Origin: Geosiphon pyriformis uo1
Lineage: Eukaryota > Fungi > Glomeromycota
DNA: 64,000 nt
Reading direction: 5' to 3'
Assembly: GCA_016748015.1 (NCBI GenBank)
Contig: JAAOMT010000096.1
Location: forward strand, 1 to 64,000
Made by a program: the position numbers and the translations under genes
Notes under the pieces: generated by a model
Database searches by the model: none
What the model was told of the DNA's origin: nothing
Seen by the model: only the letters and a program-made list of their open reading frames with translations
In this document: in pieces, positions 34,844 through 46,100 of the stretch
How the letters are laid out: every line of letters starts with the position of its first letter
How positions within the stretch are numbered: position 1 is the first letter of the stretch

Positions 34844-35529
34844 TCATTTTTCTTCTTAACATAATCCCCTTTTCATATAATTTAATGTCGAGGTCCTCGA
34901 CAGCACGCGCACTGATCCCTTGCAAAACGCACAGCTGCACGCACTGGTTATTTGAAGTACGTGGGAAATGTTGATCAATAGAAGGTGGGAGTTTAGGAAA
35001 ATTTCCCTAATATATAAATTAATTGATAATTAATTAGCTTTGATCGGAAGCACACAATGATCAAGTAAATATGATAATCGGAAATATCTTTACAGGATAT
35101 TTATCTAATTGTCCAACCACTTCAATCAAAGATGTATTCAACAAATCAATGTTCCGGGTATTGATCAGCAATTTCGACGTGGGTTTATTAAAGTGGTCAT
35201 GTTCATGATATCTCTCCAATATATGTTCCGGCATAGGTTGCTCAATTACGGCTAATTTGGAATTCTCGTCATGAACGATTAAGCTATTTTACCGGTCCCA
35301 TATAAATAAAATTTAAGCAAAAGCTGTAAAAATCAATATCACTCTTGAAAACAGATTTAATTCGGGTGAGTTCCTAAGAAAACGAAGCCGGCAAAGCATC
35401 AATTCATTGATTGCGGAAAGGGTTTTTGCCATACTTTCCAACCACAGAGATAATTTCGCCCAAGATCTTGTTCATATCGGCTTGTTCAATTTCTGCTAAA
35501 AATACGAGTTTGCGATTTGGTAAAGACAT
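34844..35529 (-). CDS. TEN1: TEN1-like OB-fold subunit of the CST telomere complex (3 exons; absent from the ORF track)
   Basis: Spliced product MSLPNRKLVFLAEIE...ISVVGNLIVHD...LLINT...LIEVVGQL...VLQGISARAVEDLDIKLYEKGIMLRRK follows the Ten1 motif order; GT-AG introns keep the frame. Confidence 0.7.
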
Positions 35530-35868
35530 TTTCTGAGTCGAAACAAGATCTAATTTCGATGTGTTTTATTCAATCTTGTTTGACTTTATTTATGCACTGA
35601 ATATTTTTAAATTAGTTAAAATTGTGCGAAGCCTAATATCCAAAGACGTTCCCATATTATTTAAAGATTAAACCCTCAATAACATAATTCATGAAGCTAA
35701 AATTAAATCTAAGCTGTTTTCGTGCAAACAATTTAAACAATACAAGCAAATTGCTAACTAAATGAATATTCAATATGAAGCTGAGTAAAAATTTAGCAAA
35801 GAACTAAGGGGAAATGGGACCACAGATAATCATTTAAACTTGTGTCATAGAGAAGAGCGTTTTCTCAG

Positions 35869-36491
35869 TCATGAACGAGCAGAGAGAAGTCTTTGAAGCT
35901 CACCACTTTTTTTGGCGGCATTCAAGTCATCATTGCCTATAATATTCAAAAATTGTGAATCGAAGTGTGTTAAAAATAAAGAAATTGATTGAAAGACAAA
36001 GGATGTAATACCCCCAACATGATGCTGTCCAATGAAAATATTTGGTACGGTTTTTTGATGAGTCTTTTGTAGAAGATAATCTTGAATTGCCTGGCCGTCT
36101 TCTATAAGATATAAGCCAAGGGCATTGACATTCAATGGTTTCATGACACGCTTTAAGAAACTCAATTACATTAAAAATATATACCCATCTGGTCAAGCAC
36201 AACGTTTTCAAAATTTTCCCCCAAATCCCCTAAAGTCTCCAAGGCTTTACGACAATAAGGGCAATAAGATTTCGTGAACAGGACAATAAAATTATTCTTG
36301 ATTTTTCCCTAATATCGAATGTTTGATATGAAATTTAAAATATAACGCATTCAATATAAAAACACAGTGTTTACCTCAACGAGGCTCTTGATATCAGACA
36401 TCTTTTGAGAGGATTGAGCAAAGTAAGAGGAAAAATTATTGAAGTGATGGCGCTTATAAATCAATTCAGGCCTTTTCAATAATCGAAACAT
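35869..36491 (-). CDS. Dithiol glutaredoxin (CPYC), 4 exons, two in-frame AUGs (36491 and 36401)
   Basis: FTKSYCPYC, TVPNIFIG and GGNDDL motifs. Confidence 0.92.
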
Positions 36492-36964
36492 CAAATTTGA
36501 TAGATTGAATCACTAATTAGTTTTTTTAAAGGAATCGCTGGTCAATAAGATATCATTCGATCATAAGAATCAATTAGTGGCTGTTTAAATTCTTCAATTT
36601 CCCTAATACTGAACTAAGTTAGATTTTTCAACTTACTCAAGCCAAAAAAATTTTAATATACAAAATAATCAACTGGTTTATTCAAATTCGCAGCAGTCAT
36701 CAATAACTAATATAATAACAAATAAAAAGCAAAGCAACCTGATTTCCTCTACACAAATTTATGAGTATCAAAAACGGTAAATAATGACCCGGATATCTGA
36801 AGAAAAAAAGAAAATCAACCCAGCGATCTAATCAAGCCCCTATTTCTATGCCGAAAAGAAAACATAAAACACAATTCCATTGTGAAATCTGTTTTTCCTT
36901 TGACATCCGCATAAATAAAAAATTCATTTCGCGGAGCGATCATGGTTTCTAGTTTTCAAGATGT

Positions 36965-37621
36965 CTAAAAACCGTGGATCTTGATGATCTTTTTGTCGAT
37001 TCCTTCTTCCGCAAGGAAGTTGGAGACTTTGAGACGTTGGTCCCCTTGTAGTTGAATTACTTGACCGAGATCGTCATCTTGAACAAGTGTGCCATTGCAG
37101 GCAAATTCCTTGATATACAAATGATATCAGGCTAAAAATATAATAAATGGGTTTACTCAAAGATTGGCTTACCTTTTTGAAGGCCTTTAACAACTTCTTT
37201 TGATCATAATCTGCTGGAACACCTTGTACAGTTGTAAGAGTCTTACGACCGTTTCTTTGCTGAATACGAATATCTGTGTATTACCAAAGTAAATAATAAA
37301 GTCAAGGATGTTTAAAGTATTAATGAAGAACAAGTTATTTATGGCGTCTAACAGTTTACTGTTAGATGTCAGGAAAAAGGGAAAGTAAAATTATTAGACA
37401 ACAAGCTTAAACTTTTAATTCCAAGAAATAATAATCTAAACTGCACTGTTTTACAAAACATTAAAAAGGATACGAATATATCCTTGGGTTTGTCCAGCCT
37501 CGTCTTCACCAGTGTCAGCGAAAGGGTCTATTGAGGAAAGAAATATTATTTACTATGATTAGCTTATTCTGACCATAATTTATGACATACCATAAACGTT
37601 AAGATTTTGGATTGCGGACAT
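36965..37621 (-). CDS. SUI1: Translation initiation factor eIF1; exons 37621-37591, 37527-37474, 37273-37173, 37108-36965
   Basis: DPFAD...YIHIRIQQRNGRKTLTTVQG...KKEFACNG...IQLQGDQR...IKIHGF. Confidence 0.97.
37274..37473 (-). other. U12-type (minor spliceosome) GT-AG intron in eIF1
   Basis: 5' splice site GTATCCTTT; branch site TCCTTGAC (37301-37308); CAG acceptor; removal restores YIH-IRIQQ. Confidence 0.88.
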
Positions 37622-37799
37622 AAAAAGCAAGTGTAAAAGCTGGAGTAAAAAGCAAAAGTAAAAGAAAAGCTCGAAGTTGTTTTTAGTTGTAGTTGTTGGT
37701 ATTTGTTCAAAGATTCCTGGTGGAGTGGGAAGTGAGAAATATTATATGACCAAATAATTGAGCTCTAGAACCTTTTTAAAGAGTTTAGAGGTTGTACTG

Positions 37800-39030
37800 A
37801 CAAATGATATCATCTGGAGTTGCTGTACCAGTAACACAAAATTTTGAGTAACTTGAATTATTATAACCAAATACAATTGGTTATTTAAGTAACATTTCTA
37901 ATTAAATTTTGAAATACGTGGTTATTTTATTACATTAAAATAATATTTTTAAGTTGTATTAAAGTTAAGTAATGTATATAAATACAGTTTAATAAAATGC
38001 AACCAAAATAATACCTAAAAAATTAAATTATGTTTTTGTTCAAATAACTTTTTTTGAACAAAATAATAAAAATTCTATCATAATTATACTAATGTACATA
38101 ATATTCATAATATTATTAATATAAAAACAAGTTAGTGTTTTAATAATGAATATTATTGAATATACTAAATATATTTGAATAATAAATCTTTCAAGTATTT
38201 TGGAATAGTATTTACAAACCAGTTTTTAAATAGTCATAAAATCTGTTTTAAATAAAAAACTTTTATTGTTAAAAACATATAAATTGTAAACTATTATATT
38301 TTGGCCCTAAACAAAATAATTATTTATTTAAATAATCAAGTTATTTTAAATGCTTATCAAGTTAAGTTGTATTTAAATATGCATAATTTTTGCAATTATT
38401 ATTAAATAAAATATTATTAAGTATATAGTATTATTAATAATAATAAAATTTTGGTTAAGTAATTTAAAATTAAAGAGTATTTTGGTGTTTTAACAATTAA
38501 TATATTAATATATTAACAGATATAATAATTTATTTTGAATTTTTGTTTTTAATTAATGTGAAAAAGACATTTTTTATAATAAGTAATAATATATATAGTT
38601 TTGTTAAATTAATTGGTATACAGTTTAATCTACTTATTTAGAGACTGGTTTTAATCCTAAAACATTAGTTTTTTTTAATATGTAATATTACTTAGTGTTA
38701 TATTACTCTGATATAATATTTTAATTTTTACATGGCTTCTGAATTTATTAATAAAATTATAGTTGGTTTGCACACAAAAAATTGTCTGTAGCTATTAAAA
38801 AAGTGGTTTTATAACATAGACTATCTTTATCTTTGTATTAAATAGAATTTTCTAATCATAGTTTTATTTGTTGTTTATTAGTATAATAATTATTGTTTAG
38901 TGCTAAAATGAGTTTATATGCAGTGTTTTATATTTTGATAATTGAGTTAAATTTTAAATTTTACAAAATAAAATAATATAAAATAAAATAAAATAAAATT
39001 TAATATTAATATTATTTATAAATAATCTCG
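37800..39030. other. Extremely AT-rich, CpG-free island, probably an unrecognisable transposon relic
   Basis: Abrupt composition change between the divergent eIF1 and CBP6 genes; no ORFs. Confidence 0.45.
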
Positions 39031-39103
39031 ATAAGCTTCCTTTGAAACTAATTTTTTTACATTTCTGGAAAGCATTTCCTTTCTTCATATCACTTACCTT
39101 ATT

Positions 39104-39596
39104 ATGTTAATAGTTCCAAGTCACATTAAAACAATTCACATTTATCGCTCTTTCCTTCGTATTGCTCAAAACTGGCCAAAGGACTATCTTCGGCCTCGCT
39201 CCCAAATAAAAGAGGCCATCCAACAGCGTGTCACTCAGAGCTTTCGAAAAAATAAACTTGCTCAAGATCCCGAGATTTTAAACACGCTATTCCAAGAAGC
39301 CGAACAAGAGTTAAAAGCTTTAGGGAGGTTGATGGCGAATGAGTACAAAAATAAAGTAGGCTTTTACATCTTTCAGACTCCTAAATAGTTTTGCAAACTC
39401 ACAGGCTTTTCCATGTTCCTCCCAAAAATCAAAATTTTCACAGTATCCTCTTTCTCAACGAATGTACACTCCCTCTCACAATTCACAATATTATTCGGTT
39501 CTCGCAGCCACCCTGGACCAAAAGGCTGCAAAGTTGAAACAGCAGACTAAACGTCATTTGGGTTGGAGTTGGAGACGCCTTTTGGGTCCTGTTTAA
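39104..39596 (+). CDS. CBP6: Cbp6/UQCC2-family complex III assembly factor; exons 39104-39355 and 39444-39596
   Basis: WPKDYLRP and LGRLMANEYKNKYPLS...P..N..YY..L motifs. Confidence 0.8.
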
Positions 39597-39940
39597 TAAT
39601 AATCAAAATACCAGCTGTTTTCTATTTTTATTGTTAATTGAAGAGCCGGAAAATTGGTAATTGAATGGTATTTACAATAAAATGACAAAATTGAATCATA
39701 TTTCCTCGTTTTTAAACTGATTAAAATTTGCAACTTTGAAAAAAGCAGACCGAGTAGTTAAAAATGTTTGCAATAGCTAAGTCCTTATTCGAAGATCTGG
39801 TTATGCGAGGGACAATAGGAAGGTAAATCATGATGAATTTATCTCTCATAATCTTTAAAGTTTTAGGTTTAATAATATAAGTTCCATCATTCCCTGACAT
39901 TTACATATTAAAACCCTTTCTCAAAAAAAGGTTTTAACGA

Positions 39941-41706
39941 CTATGAAACTTCAGATGAAAGAGTATTTGGGTCGAATCCTTAATTAAAAAAAGGTTAATG
40001 AAATCATTTTTAGAGCTAGCTCATGACTCCTTAATTAGTATTTACCTGGCATCGGAAAACTCGTCGCAAAATTCTCTACCTCATGTTTGAGATGCGAGAT
40101 ATCCTCAATGTCTTGACAAGCTACTACAAAATCTTTCATCATTTTGCTGCCGGCTTTTTCCTGTTGAGATATACAGCGTTGAGGGATTGCTCCTTAAAGG
40201 GTTAAAATTGTCTCAAATGAATTACCTGTACTAGACTCGCGATTTGGACAGCACGATGCAAGAATCCTGCAACCTTCACAAAATCCTCTTCTTTGAAGCT
40301 TCGCGAAGTCAAAGCGGGGGTGCCTAATCGTACACCACCAGGCGAAAGCATGTTTACATCACCGTGTATTGAATTCTTGTTGATAGTGATACTACAACGA
40401 TATATATTAGTATTTTCCTTCAAAGATAAAAATCAAAATTAATAGCCACCTACTTGCACATATCACATATTCTTTCGACTTTGCTTCCGGTTAATTTCAG
40501 TGGCCGCAAATCCCAAAGAATCAAATGATTCTCTGTACCTCCGGTTACCAACTTGTATCCATAACCGATTAGTGCATCTGCCAATGCAACTGCGTTTGCT
40601 CGAACTTGTTTAGCATATTGTCTGAATTCCGGTAAAGCCGCCTGTTTTAATGCAACTGCAATGCCAGCAATAGTATTATTATGGGGACCACCTTGACATG
40701 AAGGAAAAACAGCATTATTAACGCGATTTTCAAGGTCTTCCTTATTTTTTCGGAAGAAGATTAATCCTGCACGAGGCCCTCTTAAAGTTTTATGAGTGGT
40801 GGTAGTGACTACATCACATAATTCGAATGGATTATTAGCCTCTTGGCCAGCAATTAGACCACTAATGTGCGCAATATCAGCCATTAAATATGCGCCATGT
40901 TGATCAGCAATTTTTCTTAATCTTGCATAATCCCAGTCACGAGCGTAAGCGCTAGCCCCACAGATAAGTAACTTTGGTTTAAATAACATGGCATTTTCTT
41001 GCAATCGATCATAATCAACTAAACCAGTCTCGTTATTTACTTGATACCCCATCGACTCAAAATAAATTGAAGAGGTGGAGATCTTCTTCTTTGCTGTTTG
41101 CCAACCATGCGTCAAGTGGCCACCTGAAGGCAAATCAAGACCCATAAGTCGATCATGGGGTTGGATCAAAGCAGTTAATGCTGCGAAATTGGCTGTACTG
41201 CCCGAGTATGGTTGTACGTTGACACCCCATTCTTGCGGGTTCAGATAAAATGCTTTTAGTGCACGTTCTCGGCATAGATTCTCAATTTGATCAATATATT
41301 CGTTGCCCCCATAGTAACGAGCACCCGGAAGGCCTTCAGAATATTTATTTGTTAATGGAGATCCATTGGCTTCCATCACAGCAAGTGATGTAAAATTCTA
41401 ATAAATTCAAGTTTTCCTCTGAACTTCAAAACAACCTTGATTGTGATTAAAGGTCATCTCATTAATTTATTATTTATGAATAATACCTCAGAAGCGATCA
41501 ATTCTAGACCTGAGAATTGTCGATATTTTTCCTTCTGAATCAAATCATAAATCTCTTTATCCTCTTCTTGAAGAGGAGTGTTTAAACCATTATTCTTTTC
41601 ACGACAAAAAAGGGTGGCAAGTATCAGCCATAAGAATTCAAAAAGAAAACCCATGGCTTCAAATATTTACCCAAGCATCAGCCTCTCGCGTCGCTATGGA
41701 CACCAT
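39941..41706 (-). CDS. SHM2: Serine hydroxymethyltransferase, cytosolic type
   Basis: [39 protein letters not shown]-lysine motif, [12 protein letters not shown]; no presequence. Confidence 0.95.
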
Positions 41707-41871
41707 TTTTCGGAAAAAGGGGAAAATAACAATAATTCAAGTGAGCTAGGAAAACTTTGCTAAAATTTTTTATTGGTAAAATTGGGCCATGATAAACAAA
41801 AACACTAGTTGCTGGTTGGCTAATCAGAGCATCAAAGGAAGTTAGAGATCAACACACATTATTTTCTCAAA
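41707..41871. promoter_or_regulatory. 165-bp bidirectional promoter between SHMT and AK6
   Basis: Head-to-head ATGs at 41706 and 41872; two ATTGG (reverse CCAAT) boxes near 41772-41785. Confidence 0.55.
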
Positions 41872-42619
41872 ATGTCTTCCCAACGGTAAAACCAATAATT
41901 AATAAATAAGTTTTCGAGATTTCCCTTCTTTTACTTGAGATTTTTTTCAGGAACCTTCCCAACATATTAATAACTGGGACACCGGGCACTGGCAAAACTA
42001 CCCTGTCAGAACTGACATCACAACAAACTGGCTTTATTTATATAAATGTTGGTCAACTTGTCAAGGAAAGATCTTTGCATCAAGGATATGATCAAGAGTT
42101 TGAAAGTTACACTTTGGATGATGATAGGGTAAAATTTTCCCCATATTTTTAGCTACGAGCCAATAGTTTATTTTATAATGTCTCTTTGAATTTTATCAAG
42201 GTTATCGATGAAATGGAAGAACTAGTTTCAATAGGTGGAAATATTGTAGACTTTCATTCTTGCGAGTTATTTCCAGAAAGATGGTTTGATCTTGTGTTGG
42301 TGTTGAGAACAGATAATACAGTTCTTTATGATCGCTTGGTGGCTCGGTAAAAAGTTTTTAATTATTTTTTGAAAATTATAAAAAATTTAAATACTAACTT
42401 TGAGGATTTGATGGTAAAAGCGGCTATAATCAAAGGAAAATAACTGAGAACATTGATTGTGAAATTTTTCAAGTGATACTTGAAGAAGCAAAAGATTCAT
42501 ACGCGTCAGAAATTGTGGTTGAATTGCAGAGTAATACTGTCGATGATATGGAGAGCAACGCGTCACGTATACAAGAGTGGATTGAGGCATGGAAGACCAA
42601 AAGAGCTCAAGCTGGTTAA
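41872..42619 (+). CDS. FAP7: Adenylate kinase 6 / Fap7 (40S maturation ATPase), 4 exons
   Basis: PNILITGTPGTGKTT P-loop, IVDFHSCELFPERWFDLV, LYDRL, ENIDCEIFQV. Confidence 0.95.
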
Positions 42620-43112
42620 AAAACTATGCATGAGCAACGAAGATACTTTCAAATTATTAAACAAGCCTTTTGCATCAGAAAGTAACCAAGAAAATAGCCT
42701 ATCATGAAAGATAAATTATGTTTAAATTTGAACTTGTACAAATTATAAAAAAGATTTTTGATTTAATATCAATTGGTAAAATTAATTATTAACATAGTGG
42801 TTATTTTTGATTATGTTACACATAATATATATTTATGTAAATTTAATTTATTATAAATCATTAATATTAAATTATTTTTGCTTAAACTTTAACATTACAA
42901 AAATAAATTGAAACAAATTCAAAGTTGTTTGTTCCAAATTACGCTGTTTTGAACAAGCGCGCGTACATATCTATGTGGATAAGTTGGGCACGATTTTTGA
43001 TTAAAACAACCTGTTATAGAACGGCGAAAATCTTGGTGAAACGAAAATTTTGGCTGGAAAGGAAACAAGCTCGATCAAATGTTTTCTCTGCTCAGAATTA
43101 AACCTTCGAAGT

Positions 43113-46100
43113 TTAACGGGAAGACATCATTTCCCAAAGAAGATAGCCCACTGTTCGGGCAATATCTCCAGCGAAGCGAAGCTCGAATCCTTCGAAATTA
43201 GGTCGTGCCTCCCTCCAAACTGTATTTAAGGATAAGGTACCTTGAGGTATATTTTGAACAAATTGAATTAATAAATCATGATTATGGGGATTGAAAATCA
43301 TTAGATGACGATGGGGGCCTTCGTGCAGCTCCCGAGCAAGGTCAGCATGATAGTTCTGCAGAAAATTGAGCACATCAGTCCAATTAAGCGGCAGATCAAG
43401 AATTTGCTTAAAATCTGGATTGATTGTTGTCAAGTCACGTGTGTGCCATCGCTGGGTTAGGATCAAAAAATCTTCGTGTTTCATCTGTATCGTTGCTGCT
43501 GCAGGTTTTGCGTTGAATAATTGACGCCATAGAACATCTCGCCCGTTGTACTCAATGGCCTGTGTATGACCCATGAAATATTCAGTCAACAGACAGTTTC
43601 TATTATAGAAAGAAACGAAAGAACATAAATACCTACTTTCTTTATAGTCGAATCAAGAATTTCTCTTACACAGATGATATAGCTTCCCCTTGATTCATGT
43701 TCTATGAAATCTCCGAGTTTGGGACTAGCTTGAGATTCCGGTATGTTTGCAATAAACGGAACATAATTTTGGTTGAACACAATGATAAAATATTCCAATT
43801 TCAGACTTCCAGAGTTGGTTACAGGATCAGATGAAGTGAAAATTAATGTAAATTCTCTAGAATTGGGGAATTTCTTATCAGAATTCCTAGTATCCTTTTC
43901 CTCAAAATGTTTGAAACAGGCTATTGGTTGGCCTTCAAAATTGATCCCACTAAACCCGTAACGTTGAGGATTTTTCACAATGTAGGTAAATAAATCTTTT
44001 TGTATAGATGGAGAAACCTTTTCAAAAATATCATGATATATGCGGTGTTCTGCACAACTTGGAGGCAGAGGGTGACGATTAATAAAACCTTTGATCATCT
44101 CCAGTAAATTGAATGACAGCGGAATCTCTAAGATATGGGAGAAATATTTTAGAAAAAAGTCGTAGATAAATGAATGAAAGCGATTCAATTTCTTGAAGCG
44201 ATCGCATTCCTCGTTGAAAATCTTCAGTCTATTCCGGTTGCCATTGGTCATTTCAAATCCAGGGGCTGTGAAAGGCAAACGTCGAGACCGTGTGTAAAAT
44301 GTGTATAATGTTTCACAGATGAAATCTCCTTGTATTTTAACTTCACATATAATCAATCCATCTTGCAAAGCTTTCAACAACATGACGGTAGGATAATCAA
44401 CAGGTGCATTTTCAGAGACTGACGACTTAGAAGCAAATACAGAAAACCCTTTATCATGGTCATCAGCCAGATTCATATCTAATTTACCAAAGATAACTCT
44501 TTGCATTCCAAGCTTGTCTAGATATGCAGTATATTCTCTAAAGAGTTTTTCAATCATAGATTGATACCAATTAGAAGCTTTTGGAGAGTTTGAGCCATGT
44601 TGATCGTTTAATACTACTGAATCCATTGAATTTTGAAAGGATGAATGAGAAATGCCACTAAATGTCACGGGTGTTCTGCAAAAATGCAATAATTGGGAAT
44701 TCTGAATTATGATTGCTAGATCAGATTTTGAAATTGGGTCAGGCGTGCTTATGCTATCTTTTCCGCTCTGATACCTCTTTATCCATTTCTTGCATAATTT
44801 GAAAACATTTTCATACGCTTGCAAGGTTTTAAGTTGGCTGATACAATCTTCCATGAATGGTGGTCCGTGACGCAATAAGGCATCTCTTTCATTGCTAGCA
44901 ATATCCTGTACTGCTGCTTTTTCAATGAATGCATCTTTTAGAACTTCATTTAAATCAAGGGTAGGGATTGTAGAAATAACATGAGTCCCCTTTTCGGCAC
45001 TTGTCTCCGAGTCATGGCGATTATCTAAAGAGATAAAGGTTGACTTTTTTAAATCTTCTGAGCGATTTTCAGAGCGCTGTTGCCGCTGAGGAAATCTTTC
45101 ATGAATCAATGATTTTACATATATCAAGTCTGTTGAATTTTGAGATAATATAGCAGCTGATCGCTGTGATGACTGAGGTTTGAAACTACCTTCTGGATGT
45201 TGTGGTATCTGCCCATTATTGAATACAACATTGCCTGGCTTAGGTGACGGTAGGACACGCGGAGTATGTGGGGTACTGGGAAACTGCATATGCGTGGAAG
45301 CAGAATTGTTTTGAGAAACTCCTTCAATATGATAAAACAATCCCATTTTTTGATGAAGTATATTGTTTAAAAGCTGCATACGACCGTTGTGCCAATTGGA
45401 TATGTTTTTCAAAGCCGTGAATAATTGTTCACTATATGATTTTTGCCAATTATAAGAATATACGGATATTGTAAATCCATCGAGAGACATGATCATAAAG
45501 CAATTACGAACAATTTCATGTGAAATTTGTTGAATGTTTTGATCCGACAGAGGTATTGTGTTTGTGTATAACATCATGGCATCCTCTGAACTACTTTTTT
45601 GCTGCGAGCTCAACGTCATCATAGAGCTTTTACGGGAATGATTTGTTACGCTCTTGTCGTTTGAAGAATTTTCAGTAAATGAAAAATCTTCAATTGAACT
45701 TCTGCGTGAATTTGTTCTATCACTTCCCACACTACTGCGACGGTCTTCATGGATCGAAGTGGATTTGGATGCGCAGTATCGTGTACTAAGTTCTCTCAAA
45801 CCACTGATTAATACAAATTTGGAGTGATAATCTGATGTTATATTATCGTTTTTTAAAGATGGTTTTTGAGGACGATATATCTCATAAACAGGTATAGATG
45901 AAGCTCTTCTAAATATTACTGGAGAAAAATTCGCGTGAACCTCAGTCAAAAGATCGTAAATTTCTCTCAAAAGATCATCCATTATCCAGGCTGGCATATG
46001 CACCGCCATTTCAAGCGACTGAACTGCGGGATTTTCTAAACTTGCCGATGACTTGAGGATCGCCAAAGACGGCTCCACAAAAGACTGTTGAATATGATTT

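Noticed and set aside
34965-35100. AT-AC U12 intron in TEN1 (ATATCCTG...TTCCTAAAC)
   Set aside because: Both signals are imperfect and an ordinary in-frame GT-AG intron explains the gene
37800-39030. Assigning the AT-rich islands (also 53940-55250) to a transposon family or centromere
   Set aside because: No readable frame, termini or TSD
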